A stretch of DNA of 64,000 nucleotides from Candidatus Nanopelagicales bacterium (GCA_018402365.1 JAGYJD010000007.1:1929-65928); one strand, 5' to 3'; counted from the stretch's first letter, positions 10,996 to 21,414 are shown. Numbers and translations: made by a program. Notes: generated by a model not told the origin, from the letters alone.

Positions 10996-11473
10996 TTTTA
11001 GGTCCAATACCTTCATAAATATCAGCGGGCTCAACGGTTAATACGTTTAGTGGCAAGGCACCAGCTTTTTCAAAAACTAAAGTAATAGAGACATAGCTTG
11101 AATTTTTGGCTGGAAAATTCAGTAAATCCACATGCGCGCTCTCTGGTGCGTTCCCTAAATTGACTCTTTGGCCCATCGGCAAATTAAGGGGTCCAGCTGG
11201 CGTGAAATTAATTCTTTGAGGGGAAGGATTGCTGATAACTACATCTATCAAAGCATCTGCCTGACCGGAGTTATTTATAAGAGTTGCAACTAGTGTCGCA
11301 TTTGAATTTTGATCTATTACAATTACAACGTTTTGTGCGTAAACCTTATTTATTTCTTCATACGTTCCATCACCGGTGGGTCCTTGCAGACTAGTAAAAG
11401 CATTTGGTCCAGCACCGCAACCAGTAATTAATAAAGTCGCAGATAAGAAAGCAAATAATTTAAATTTTCGCAT
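10985..11473 (-). CDS. Lipoprotein, LpqE/PCu(A)C-like
   Basis: Lipobox LITGCGAG; C-terminal V.ITL.FEKAG; divergent from carD as in other actinobacteria. Confidence 0.65.
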   Translation of the reverse strand: MRKFKLFAFLSATLLITGCGAGPNAFTSLQGPTGDGTYEEINKVYAQNVVIVIDQNSNATLVATLINNSGQADALIDVVISNPSPQRINFTPAGPLNLPMGQRVNLGNAPESAHVDLLNFPAKNSSYVSITLVFEKAGALPLNVLTVEPADIYEGIGPKTTL

Positions 11474-11563
11474 ACACTCAAGAATACTGTAAGGGATTTA
11501 ACCTCAAGTTAAGCAGGTTGAACCCCCACTGATAGAATTATGGGTCTATTGGAAGGTGCGTGT

Positions 11564-12046
11564 ATGGCCTTTAAAGTCGGCGAAACAGTTGTTTATCCCC
11601 ATCACGGTGCAGCAGTAATTGAAGCAATCGAAAAAAGATCCATTAAAGGCGTAGAACGCAAGTATTTGGTCTTAAGAGTTAAGCAAGGTGACTTAACAGT
11701 AAGAGTGCCAGCGGACAATGTAGATATGGTCGGTGTGCGCGACGTTGTTAACGCAGAAGGTTTAGAAAGAGTTTTTGATGTATTACGTCAACCTTTCACT
11801 GAAGAACCAACTAACTGGTCCCGTCGTTACAAAGCAAACTTAGAAAAATTAGCTTCAGGTGACGTAATTAAAGTTGCTGAAGTAGTAAGAGATTTATGGC
11901 GCCGCGATCAAGATCGAGGTCTTTCTGCAGGCGAGAAACGAATGCTGGCAAAAGCCCGTCAAATCTTGGTTAGCGAATTAGCGTTGGCAGAGCATTGCGA
12001 CGAGAATAACGCCGAGGCTTTACTTGATGAGGTTTTAGTTTCTTAA
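11564..12046 (+). CDS. carD: RNA polymerase-binding factor CarD
   Basis: [15 protein letters not shown] and [13 protein letters not shown] motifs. Confidence 0.97.
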   Translation: MAFKVGETVVYPHHGAAVIEAIEKRSIKGVERKYLVLRVKQGDLTVRVPADNVDMVGVRDVVNAEGLERVFDVLRQPFTEEPTNWSRRYKANLEKLASGDVIKVAEVVRDLWRRDQDRGLSAGEKRMLAKARQILVSELALAEHCDENNAEALLDEVLVS

Positions 12047-12075
12047 GTACAGCCTTTAGAAAAGGTGGTTAGTAG

Positions 12076-12555
12076 ATGTCTACCTTTAGGGTTGGCGTTG
12101 GCGTGGATGTTCACCCAATAGATCCAAATAAACCACTTTATTTAGCCGGGCTTCATTGGCCAAATTATGCAGGTCTTTCAGGTCACTCTGATGGTGATGT
12201 GATCGCGCACGCTTGCTGCGACGCCTTGTTCTCTGCGGCGGGCTTGGGTGACTTGGGTACAAACTTCGGAACCGATCGGCCTGAGTACAAAAGTGCTAGT
12301 GGTGAAAAATTGCTCACCGAAGCAAAACGCTTAGTTAACGCTGCCGGGTGGAATATTTCAAATATTAGCGTTCAGTTAATTGGCAATGAACCAAAGTTAG
12401 GCACGCGACGCCACGAAGCTGAAGAAACCTTAAGCAAAATTGTGGCAGCCCCGGTAAGTCTTTCTGCAACCACCACCGATGGTTTAGGTTTAACCGGTCG
12501 TGGTGAAGGAATCGCGGCAATCGCTAACGCCTTAATATTTCAGGATAAAAATTGA
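12076..12555 (+). CDS. ispF: 2-C-methyl-D-erythritol 2,4-cyclodiphosphate synthase
   Basis: [16 protein letters not shown] and [15 protein letters not shown] motifs. Confidence 0.95.
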   Translation: MSTFRVGVGVDVHPIDPNKPLYLAGLHWPNYAGLSGHSDGDVIAHACCDALFSAAGLGDLGTNFGTDRPEYKSASGEKLLTEAKRLVNAAGWNISNISVQLIGNEPKLGTRRHEAEETLSKIVAAPVSLSATTTDGLGLTGRGEGIAAIANALIFQDKN

Positions 12556-13908
12556 CCTTAAGACTTTACGACACTCTCACTAGAAGTGTCAGTGATTTTG
12601 AGCCAATCAAAAAAGACGAAGTTGGTATTTATGTTTGCGGTGCCACTGTGCAAGGTTCACCACATATCGGTCATCTCAGATCAGGCGTAGTTTTTGATGT
12701 ATTGCGTCGCTGGCTAGTTTATTCAGGGCTAAAAGTTAATTTGGTTCGTAATGTGACAGATATTGATGACAAGATTCTTCACAATGCTCACCACGAAGAT
12801 ATGCCTTGGTGGGCGTTGGCGTACAAGTATGAACAAGAGTTTTCAAATGCTCACACCACCTTAGGAAACCTGCCACCCACAGTAGAGCCCAGAGCTACGG
12901 GTCATATTCCGCAAATGATTGAAATAATTAGTAAATTAATTGAAAAAAATTATGCTTACGAATCTCAAGGCACGGTTTGGTTTTCGGTTAGGTCTTGGCC
13001 AGATTACGGAAAACTCTCTGGTCAAAAACTTGATGAGATGCTGGCGGCAGAAGATAAAGATCAAGGTAAAAAAGATCCGCACGACTTTGCACTTTGGAAG
13101 GCAGCAAAATTAGACGAACCTCATTGGAAGACTCCTTGGGGTGCCGGACGTCCTGGATGGCATATCGAATGCTCCGCCATGGCGCACGCCTATCTCGGTG
13201 AAGAGTTTGACATTCACGGTGGTGGGATCGATTTACAGTTTCCGCATCATGAAAACGAAATCGCCCAATCAAATGCCGCTGACCATAAGTTTGCTCGCCG
13301 CTGGATGCATAATGCTTGGGTAACTCAAGCTGGCGAAAAGATGAGTAAAAGCTTAGGTAACTCCACCAAGATCAATGAAGTTTTAAAGTTAGTTCAACCT
13401 ACCTATTTAAAAGTATTATTTTTACCTAGTGTAAGTATATTTAAAGTAATTTGAATATCCGAAAATTCTAAAAGAGCTGCTATCGTTCTGACGAATCGAA
13501 ATCTTTGCAAATGCTCCCAAATAGAGCCACAAAAGTAAGTCTGGAATTTGAAAGGCTATGAATGAAGATTCAACACCCCTACATACATAGTAGTTATTCA
13601 TGAACTAGTGATGCTGGGCAATTAAAGTTTAGACAATTAGATTCAGTAGGTGCAAAAACTATTGCTGGGTCTTTACGAAAGATGCTGGAAATCCTCGGTC
13701 TAGATCCACTTTCAGCTCAGTGAATCAATCCAGCACAGTTGACACAGCCAAAAATTTTTGTGCTTTAGTTGAAAAATAGCGTAAACCCGTGCCGCCGCAC
13801 GATAGCTGACGATTAGCGATCACAAGAGATGATCGAAGTCGCTTCAAGATTGCAAATTGAGAAGATGTCGTTACTTGGTGCCCGTGCTGACTTCTTCATC
13901 GCGAGATA
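12552..13908 (+). CDS. cysS: Cysteine--tRNA ligase; 3' third broken by indels (probable sequencing error), end approximate
   Basis: [31 protein letters not shown] and KMSKS motifs. Frame is lost after about 13410 but fragments such as MLEILGLDP continue. Confidence 0.9.
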
Positions 13909-13913
13909 ATAAA

Positions 13914-14760
13914 ATGCAAAAAGAAGTTATTGTTCGGCGGAAAGCGAAGAGTTTTTAGAGCCAAAAGGCCTGACTCCTCCTGCTTCTTGTAAATGTAGAT
14001 ATGTAGTGTATTCGTCAGAAGTCCGCGTCCAAAAAGTTGTAACGCAGCGAAAATCCTACGATTTAATCATTGGTAGAAATCCAGTCTTAGAAGCATTAAA
14101 AAATAAAGTGCCCGCGTTTAGTTTAAGAATCGCAAACGGCATCGATATTGATGAAAGAGTTCAAGAAGCAATTAAATTTGCAAACGACAACGATATTTCT
14201 ATCGTGCAAGTAGACAGACGTGATTTAGATCGAATTACTGATCACGGCCCGCATCAAGGTCTCTGTCTTTTGTGTTGCCCAGAATACAGAAGTATCGACA
14301 AAAATTTAGTTGAATAAATAGGGCTAGTGATTGCCGTACTTTAGATCGTTACTGATCCAAGAAATCTTAGTGCGTACTGTTCGCTCAAAAAGCAGCAATT
14401 GTAATGCGCAGCAGTTGTAAGTATATAGCGTGGCTTAATGCCGCTTACAGCAGCTGGTGCGTTAGTACATACCTGTTTGTTGAAAGCAAAATATCTCCCG
14501 CAATTATCATTGATTAAAGAAAGCGGATACTTTCTGTTTTGTGACTCTTCCGCAGAGGGTCGTCAACTTCCAGAATTAGATCAAGAGTTATTCAAAAACC
14601 CTTAGCAAAGTTGCTGTTGTTCAGAAGTGCGTGTATCTGTGTTAGTGGTTGTACTGCGATATTCATATTTTACCCCACATTATGCCGAATTATATTGCTT
14701 CTTGCGGTGGCGCCATTATAAGCATTCATTTGGTAGGTGCCATCAGAGCAATTCGATTGC
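13914..14760 (+). CDS. rlmB: 23S rRNA (guanosine-2'-O)-methyltransferase RlmB/TrmH family; frameshifted in low-quality sequence, ends approximate
   Basis: GRNPVLEAL...HQG in the clean part (14006-14270), VTDPRNL fragment near 14348; usual position after cysS. Confidence 0.75.
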
Positions 14761-14782
14761 AGTATGATTGGCATGCTCATTT

Positions 14783-14858
14783 GCCGGATGTGGCGTATTC
14801 AGGAAGCGCACTCTGGATTTGTATCAAGCGTTAGGGGTTCGAGTCTCGGTCGGTTTCA
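14783..14858 (+). tRNA. Probable tRNA-Thr(TGT), corrupted by sequence errors
   Basis: GCCGG..TGGCG....AGCGCA...TTTGTA.....AGGGGTTCGAGTC...CGGTTTCA layout; usual position after rlmB; anticodon uncertain. Confidence 0.55.
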
Positions 14859-15325
14859 ATGATATTATAGCTACGGTGACATGTCACGTCATAATAAAAA
14901 AACTAAGTAAATAGTCAAGTCTTTGATGAAATAATAAAAACCTGATATTGATAGCCTTTATAGATTTTAAATAGTACTTTTATTTATTTTTCAGCTGATT
15001 TAGGCAATTTAATATAAACAAAGCGGTGTGTTCGATTAATTGAGAGATTTTGCATTTTAGAATCTGAGCGCCAATGGTGGAAGTATTCCGGTGTTAAAGA
15101 GCAAGCAATTCGGTGACCTGTTCAAATGATACCGTCACTGTTCCACGCTGATTTGATAATGAAGAGCTTGAAGTGTCGATCCCATGCCGATAAAGCGTGC
15201 CCAAGACGCCCGCGGAGTTTCAGTTACCAGCAGTCGTTCTGTTTCGTGTTAGGATAAATTCAAAAACCCCCAAAACTCGCTTTTTGGGAAGTACCTGCAC
15301 CGAGCCACGAGAGAGCAGTGGCTAG

Positions 15326-15351
15326 TTAGTACTTTATGGTCAGAGTGACAA
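15326..15351 (+). promoter_or_regulatory. Degenerate CIRCE (HrcA operator) upstream of groEL
   Basis: TTAGTACTT-N8-GAGTGACAA against the consensus TTAGCACTC-N9-GAGTGCTAA; lies in noisy sequence. Confidence 0.45.
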
Positions 15352-15394
15352 ACTTTGGTGCTGGGAACTCAGACTGAAGAGGAATCAATAAAAT

Positions 15395-16961
15395 ATAAGC
15401 CAAGATTGTGCCGGATGAGGTGCCTGCCAAAAGGCGGAGCGAGGCATGAAATATCTCCTGGAAAATGACGTCGTTCGTGTGACCCTGACCAAAAAGGTCG
15501 CAATGGTTTCTGGAAAGAAGTGGCGCTCCCACCATCAATAACGATGGGCGTCTCGATTGGCAAGAATTGAATAGAAGATCCACGAAAAACGGTGCCGATT
15601 TGCAAAGAAGCAGTTAAGAAGACCGATGATGCTGCTGGCGACGGCACCACCACCGCAATCGTTTTGTTCGCCATGGTTCGCGAAGGTTTGAATGGAAAAG
15701 CAGCGTTGCTAACCCAATGGCAATTAAAGGTGAAATTGAGCCGTAGAAAAATTCCAGCCGTTACAGAGATGGCTAAAGATGGTGAAACCAAAGAGCAAAT
15801 TGCTCTACCGCTCAATCCGGCCGGGTGGCGGAGCATGAAGTTGGAACATGATTGCCAGCTGGCGGATAAGCTGGCAGCAAAGGTGCATCACTGTTTAGCA
15901 GCAATATTTTGACTCGAATTTGCTATCAGAAGGTACGCGTTTCGATAAAGGTTATTTCACTATTTTTTGTACTGACACTGAATCGCATGGGAAATTCGTC
16001 TTAGAAGATCCATACATTCAAGGTGCCAATCAAAAGATTTCTTCTCGGTAAAAGATATAAGTTCCTATTTCCCTGAGAAAAGCCATAATCAGGAAAACCC
16101 TTTATTATCGCCGAAGATGCTGTGCTAGCGTCAGCAAATTTGCCGTGGGCCAAATTCGCGGAATCTCGTCAGCCGCTGTTACAGTTCTGGTTTTGGCAGA
16201 CTGCCGCAGTACGTTGCAAGATATTGGTACTTTGACTGCGCCCGTATCGCGAAGAAGTTGGTTTGAAATCTCATAACGTCAATCGGGAATTCATTTGCAA
16301 AGCCAGAAAGATCGTGAGCCTGTAGCACGACACTACAATCGTGCAGAAGGCGCCGGAGACTCTGAGCAAATTGCAGGGTCGAGTAAGTCACCGTGCCGAA
16401 ATTGAAAAAGCGATTCTGGATTACGATCGTTAAAACTGGCTGCTTCAGCCAAATTGCCAGGGCGCTGCCGTAATCGTGCTGGTGCAGTTACCGAAGCGAA
16501 TTTAAAGACAATGTAATACGCGCATTAGTATGCTGTTCGCAACGCCAAAGCAGCAAAGCGAATAGCGAATTCAGCTGCGGAGGCGCCGTTTAATTCGTCG
16601 GTAAAGAAGCGCTTGAAAGATCTAGAAACTCACAGGTGATGAAGGAACTGTCAATATCATCAGAGTCGCTATCGAAGCTTCCGCCAGCAAAATTGCCGTT
16701 AACGCAGGACAGCATGGTCACTGCCGGTGCGGTTTCACGGTGCTGGCGTAGCGTCTTAATGCGTTTACCGGTGTGAATATTGCAGACATGATTACACCGG
16801 CATCATCGACCAGCCGCTGGCGTAACCGTCCTGCCCTTCAGAACGCTGCCCTATCGCAAGCTCTCTCAACCACAGCCGTTGCTGCCGATGGGCCAGAAAG
16901 ATTCACCCAGCCCCAATGGTGTGATTTGAGGAATGGGCGGCATGGAGGAATGGACTTCTAA
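15395..16961 (+). CDS. groEL: Chaperonin GroEL (GroEL2 type, no adjacent groES); many indels, probable sequencing error; start approximate
   Basis: Fragments KEAVKKTDDAAGDGTTTA, ETKEQIA, RFDKGY, SDYDR and ALQNA; C-terminal GGMDF stop. Confidence 0.88.
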
Positions 16962-16975
16962 GAAAAGTTCTTCAC

Positions 16976-17008
16976 AAAAAAAGGCGATCAGAAATGATCG
17001 CCTTTTTT
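16976..17008. terminator. Bidirectional intrinsic terminator between groEL and the XPB gene
   Basis: AAAAAAAGGCGATCA-GAAA-TGATCGCCTTTTTT between convergent genes. Confidence 0.9.
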
Positions 17009-17019
17009 ATTTTTAATTA

Positions 17020-18672
17020 TTAAACGTCTTTACCTTCTAAAACATCATCTGCATCAACAATGCGATAGGCGTAGCCTTGTTCGGCTAGGAATCTTTGGCG
17101 GTTGGCGGCGAAGTCTGCATCGAGGGTGTCTCGCGAAACTACTGCATAGAAGCGCGCGGTTCTTTTGTCGGCTTTTGGTCTTAAGACGCGGCCGAGGCGT
17201 TGGGCTTCTTCTTGTCTAGATCCGAATGAGCCTGAGACTTGAATTGCGACACCAGCTTCGGGTAAGTCGAGTGAGAAGTTAGCAACTTTACTTACTACTA
17301 ACACCCTTAAGTCGCCGTTTCTGAATCTTTCAAAAAGTTTTTCACGCTCTTTAATCGGGGTGGAGCCGTCCACGACAGGTGCGCCGAGGTGTTGGCCAAG
17401 TTCGGCTAGTTGATCTAGGTATTGGCCAATGACTAAAACTCGATCGTCTGAATGTTTGGCGACTAATCGTTCAACAACAGGATTCTTTGTGGTGGTGGCA
17501 GCAGCTAAGCGATACTTATCTTCTTTTTCGGCTGTGGCATAAATTAAACGTTCGTGTTCAGGCAGGGTAACTCTTACTTCAACACAATCTGCTGGAGCAA
17601 TCCAACCTTGGTCTGCCATGTCCTTCCAAGGGGAGTCAAATCTTTTTGGTCCGATTAAAGAAAAGACATCGTCTTCGCGGCCGTCTTCTCTAACTAAGGT
17701 TGCAGTTAAACCAAGTCTTCTTCTAGCTTGAATGTCTGCGGTGAATCTAAATACTGGTGCTGGTAATAAATGAACTTCGTCATAAATAATTAAGCCCCAG
17801 TCTTTGGCGTCAAAAAGTTCAAGATGGGCGTAGTTACCTTGTTTTTTGGTTGTGAGAACTTGATAAGTGGCAATGGTGACAGGTCTTACTTCTTTTTTGC
17901 TGCCGGAGTATTCGCCAATTTCTTCTTCGGTGAGGGTGGTGCGTTTTAGTAATTCAGATTTCCATTGTCTGGCAGATACTGTGTTGGTTACCAAAATTAA
18001 AGTTGTGGCTTTCGCTAAAGACATCGCTGCAGCACCAACAATGGTTTTACCGGCACCGCAAGGCAGCACTACCACGCCAGAGCCACCGTGCCAAAAAGAT
18101 TCGGCTGCCATTTCTTGGTAATTACGAAGTTCCCAGCCATTTTGTACTAATTCGATTTCATGAGCTTCGCCATCAACATATCCAGCAAAGTCTTCAGCAG
18201 GCCAACCAAGTTTAAGAAGTTGTTGTTTAAGTTGACCACGCTCAGATGGATGAACTACAACTGTTTCATCATCTAATCTTTTGCCCACCAGTGGTTGAAT
18301 TCTTTTGCTTTTTAATACTTCTTCTAGTACTGGTAAATCAGCGCAATGCAAAGTTAAACCGTGAACCGGATCTTTTTCGAGTTTGAGTCGACCATAGCGA
18401 TCCATTTGTTCGGCTACATCAACTAGAAGTGAATGAGGCACGGCATATCTTGAGTACTTCAAGAGTGTGTCAACTACAGATTCAGCATCTAAGCCAGCAG
18501 CTCTCGCGTTCCAAAGCCCCAGTGGGGTAATGCGATAAGTATGAACGTGTTCGGGAGAGCGTTCTAATTCAGCAAATGGGGCGATTGATCTTCTAGCTTC
18601 TTGGGCTAATTCGTGGTCGATTTCTAAAAGTAGGGTGCGGTCACTTTGGACAATTAAAGGGCCGTCATTCAT
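17020..18672 (-). CDS. DNA repair helicase XPB (Rv0861c/ERCC3-like SF2)
   Basis: GPLIVQSD N-terminus, LPCGAGKT, DEVH, LGLTATLVRED (RED motif) and QRLGRVLR. Confidence 0.95.
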   Translation of the reverse strand: MNDGPLIVQSDRTLLLEIDHELAQEARRSIAPFAELERSPEHVHTYRITPLGLWNARAAGLDAESVVDTLLKYSRYAVPHSLLVDVAEQMDRYGRLKLEKDPVHGLTLHCADLPVLEEVLKSKRIQPLVGKRLDDETVVVHPSERGQLKQQLLKLGWPAEDFAGYVDGEAHEIELVQNGWELRNYQEMAAESFWHGGSGVVVLPCGAGKTIVGAAAMSLAKATTLILVTNTVSARQWKSELLKRTTLTEEEIGEYSGSKKEVRPVTIATYQVLTTKKQGNYAHLELFDAKDWGLIIYDEVHLLPAPVFRFTADIQARRRLGLTATLVREDGREDDVFSLIGPKRFDSPWKDMADQGWIAPADCVEVRVTLPEHERLIYATAEKEDKYRLAAATTTKNPVVERLVAKHSDDRVLVIGQYLDQLAELGQHLGAPVVDGSTPIKEREKLFERFRNGDLRVLVVSKVANFSLDLPEAGVAIQVSGSFGSRQEEAQRLGRVLRPKADKRTARFYAVVSRDTLDADFAANRQRFLAEQGYAYRIVDADDVLEGKDV

Positions 18673-18677
18673 TAATA

Positions 18678-20897
18678 TTATTTTCCATTCTTTTTTGCTT
18701 TGGTAATTACAGTGGCACTAATTCGTGAAAGCGCATAATCGCGAATTCGAGTTTCGGTGTGATCGAAACCTGTTAACAATCCGCCTTGCACACGGATTGG
18801 ATCTGTGAAGCGGTCTTTGACTGTTCCGTCCCCTTCGGCGTAACTGATGGTGATGGATTGATTTTCGTCAATTGCTTTGCTTAGAAATGAAACTAATTCA
18901 CTAGCGGGCATTGGCTCTGGAGGGTTTGAACCATTTTCTGGGATTTTTGCCTTTGGGTTTTCACTGAGTCGTAGTGCTTTGATGGCACTGATTAAAAGTG
19001 GTGCATCCGGTGGGGATCCTTCAGGAGCAGGACGGGGGCGTAACTTCACAGTTGAGCGCTTTTCACCGGGAGCAGGTTCGGTGTCATCAATTGGGTCGTC
19101 TGTGATTTTTACATCTCCAAGTTGTCTAACTAAATCATTTAATAAATATTCCAAAGGTTGGGGGATTTCGGTTGAAGAATATTTAGTGAAAAATGCCATG
19201 ATGTCATCTTTGGATTTTCCACGCTCTAAAGCGCGCTTGAGGGAACTTTCAGTAAATCGATAAACCTGGGCAGCACCGCGAGATTCTTGATAGCCAAGCA
19301 AACGTAATTCTGCGGCAACGTGAGATTCAGGGGGACCTGGGATTACTGCGGTTAAGTCGGCTTGCAATAAAAAGTGATCAATCGCTTCGGGCAAAAGTGG
19401 TGCGATTGCTTCAACTAGCAAAGGATCAGTTTTGATTACGTGACCTTTTGGATCGGCCACGGCAGAGCGAGCAGCAGCGGTGCGGGCTTCAGGGGAAGGC
19501 ATTGTGTAGCGCATTTCGCCTAAGGCTCGTCCGGTAGTTGCGAGTACACCTAAACCGCGAGCACCAATCAAGTTTGCTTCTTGCATAAAGGAGCGAACTA
19601 AAAGTTCTACTAGTTCAGCTTCACGACGTGGCCGCTGCCAGTTCACATGTTTTACTAAATCATCTTCATTCGGTTCGGCACCTAAGGGCAGGCTGACTAA
19701 TGCTTTTAACAATATTGATTTGATTTCAGGTGCCAGAGGTTTATCTACTTCTGGCGAAAGCGCATTGATTCTTACCTGTTCGTTTTTGCCAACCAAACTT
19801 GGAACGCGAGTTGAAGTTAGCCAAGCTTCAGCCAAAGTTGCCCAACGCTCTTGCACAGTGCGGGTGCGCCATAAATCAAAAGCTGGAGTTGGTAACCATA
19901 AAGGTTCATTTGATTCATCCGCTGCTAGCAAGCCTGCTGCTAAAGCGGTTTCAGCTAAAAGTGCCGCGATGTTTTCGTCTTCATCGCAGATGCGAGAAGC
20001 TAAAGTTAAATCTCTTTGGGCGAGTCCACCATTTCTTAAAACAGCTGGCGGGGTTTCACCCCAAATATCTAAAAGTTCTTCCATCATTTGTACAAAATGC
20101 AAACCCGCACCACCCGCTGCTTTATCAACCGCCTGGGCGTCTCTTGTATTTTTAATTGAAACTTCTGGCAAAGTCGAAAGACCTTCTGGCAATAAGTTTT
20201 CGCCACGCAATACAAAGGCAACTTCTCTTGGCAAAGTTAATTCATGGCGGCCGGTGGCAATAAGAACCCCTTGCGCCATTAAGTATTCATAAGGAGTTTT
20301 CGCACTTGAGGTGGTAGCTTCACGGTTCAGTTTGTCTACTACCAAAACAGGTGGTCCCCATAGAACTTTGTCTATTACGTCATCAACACCTTTGGGAGCT
20401 TTGTCGAAAATTTGTTTAATACGTTCTTTAGAGGCTACGGCGGTTAAGTCAGGACGCTCTTCAATAAAGCAAGGACCAAACCCAGCGGGGTGAGGGGCTA
20501 CTACTTCTTTAAGTACAGGAACTGCTCGCATCCCTTTATCGGTTCCCCAGATAACACCGCGAGCTTTAAGAACACTGAGTGCTCTATCTAATTCAGGATC
20601 GTTATTTAAAAGTACAGCTAATTCTTTTTTACCGAAGGGTTCGTCTAAGCAGGCGATAACTTCGGCTACTGCTACCACCCAAGCGTCCAGTTGATCTAAG
20701 ACTCTGGTGATGGATGAATTTGTTGCGGCACGAGCTGCCAGTTTGGCCATGTCAGCGGGCACTGGATGCACCAAATCGGGCCGGTGGACTAAGAGGTCCC
20801 TCAAGCGGTCGTCATCTTGCGACTTAAACCAGTCAACCAAGGCACCTGGGTCATCTGCCTTGACCTTGCGTGGCTTGGGGGGAGTCTTAGTAGGCAT
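18678..20897 (-). CDS. Helicase-associated protein (Rv0862c-like): Helicase_C_3 domain plus C-terminal WYL-like domain
   Basis: LLVHRPDL..PVP N-terminus, LLQADLTAVIPGP...YRFT..S...AL domain and C-terminal ISY...G....R...P......L.GFD......R.YALSRI. Start moved to ATG 20897 because the longer ORF overlaps the csp gene. Confidence 0.85.
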   Translation of the reverse strand: MPTKTPPKPRKVKADDPGALVDWFKSQDDDRLRDLLVHRPDLVHPVPADMAKLAARAATNSSITRVLDQLDAWVVAVAEVIACLDEPFGKKELAVLLNNDPELDRALSVLKARGVIWGTDKGMRAVPVLKEVVAPHPAGFGPCFIEERPDLTAVASKERIKQIFDKAPKGVDDVIDKVLWGPPVLVVDKLNREATTSSAKTPYEYLMAQGVLIATGRHELTLPREVAFVLRGENLLPEGLSTLPEVSIKNTRDAQAVDKAAGGAGLHFVQMMEELLDIWGETPPAVLRNGGLAQRDLTLASRICDEDENIAALLAETALAAGLLAADESNEPLWLPTPAFDLWRTRTVQERWATLAEAWLTSTRVPSLVGKNEQVRINALSPEVDKPLAPEIKSILLKALVSLPLGAEPNEDDLVKHVNWQRPRREAELVELLVRSFMQEANLIGARGLGVLATTGRALGEMRYTMPSPEARTAAARSAVADPKGHVIKTDPLLVEAIAPLLPEAIDHFLLQADLTAVIPGPPESHVAAELRLLGYQESRGAAQVYRFTESSLKRALERGKSKDDIMAFFTKYSSTEIPQPLEYLLNDLVRQLGDVKITDDPIDDTEPAPGEKRSTVKLRPRPAPEGSPPDAPLLISAIKALRLSENPKAKIPENGSNPPEPMPASELVSFLSKAIDENQSITISYAEGDGTVKDRFTDPIRVQGGLLTGFDHTETRIRDYALSRISATVITKAKKNGK

Positions 20898-21033
20898 TTG
20901 GCCAATTTTAATAGGTATCGCATTAGGGGTCACTTTGCAGTCCTTGCCGATGACGAAGTATGAGGGTTTAGGTAATCTTGGACTTTCATATTTAGCGAAA
21001 TACGCGGCAGGATGAAAACAGGAGTTGATTGAC

Positions 21034-21414
21034 GTGCCTTTTGGAAAGATCAAGTGGTACGACGTCGAAAAGGGCTTCGGATTTATTGAAACCGACGACG
21101 GGGAAGATGTTTTCGTACACGCGTCTGCGATTCCGGATGGAGTTTTGCCCAAACCCGGAAGTCGAGTGGAATTTGGCATTGCCGAGGGGCGTCGAGGAAT
21201 TCAAGCTTTACAAGTAAAGATTTTGGAAGCTCCACCTAGCTTGTCCAAAGCCGGTAGAAAAGATACCGATGACATGGCAGCCATTATTGAAGATGTTATT
21301 AAATTGCTGGATGGTGTTTCGAGTCAAATTCGTCGCGGTCGCTACCCCGATGATAAGACTGCACAAAAAGTAGCTGCGGTATTGCGAGCAGTTGCTAATG
21401 ATTTAGATGCCTAA
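21034..21414 (+). CDS. Cold-shock domain protein with C-terminal extension (Rv0871/CspB-like)
   Basis: GKIKWYDVEKGFGFI and DVFVHASA (RNP1/RNP2); RRGRYPD tail. Confidence 0.9.
   Translation: MPFGKIKWYDVEKGFGFIETDDGEDVFVHASAIPDGVLPKPGSRVEFGIAEGRRGIQALQVKILEAPPSLSKAGRKDTDDMAAIIEDVIKLLDGVSSQIRRGRYPDDKTAQKVAAVLRAVANDLDA

Noticed and set aside
11499-11522. ACCTCAAGTTAA resembling a SoxR/MerR operator upstream of carD
   Set aside because: Only one half-site matches and there is no MerR-family gene nearby.
13410-16960. cysS, rlmB and groEL as true pseudogenes or targets of a hypermutation system
   Set aside because: Indels and substitutions hit essential genes and a tRNA alike, in sharply bounded blocks with lengths preserved; no reverse transcriptase or template/variable repeat pair is visible. 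Sequencing error is the simpler explanation.
14649-16961. Short ORF-track entries in the noisy block (14649, 15326, 15369, 15592, 16179, 16773)
   Set aside because: They are frame fragments or antisense shadows of rlmB, tRNA-Thr and groEL.
18877-20493. Long plus-strand ORFs (128-190 aa) opposite the XPB partner
   Set aside because: Antisense shadows with Ser/Ala-rich composition, no motifs and no start signals; the same applies to those opposite eno, mfd and rsgA.
20898-21179. N-terminal 94 aa of the 833-aa ORF
   Set aside because: It is largely antisense to the cold-shock gene; family similarity and a -10 element point to the ATG at 20897.
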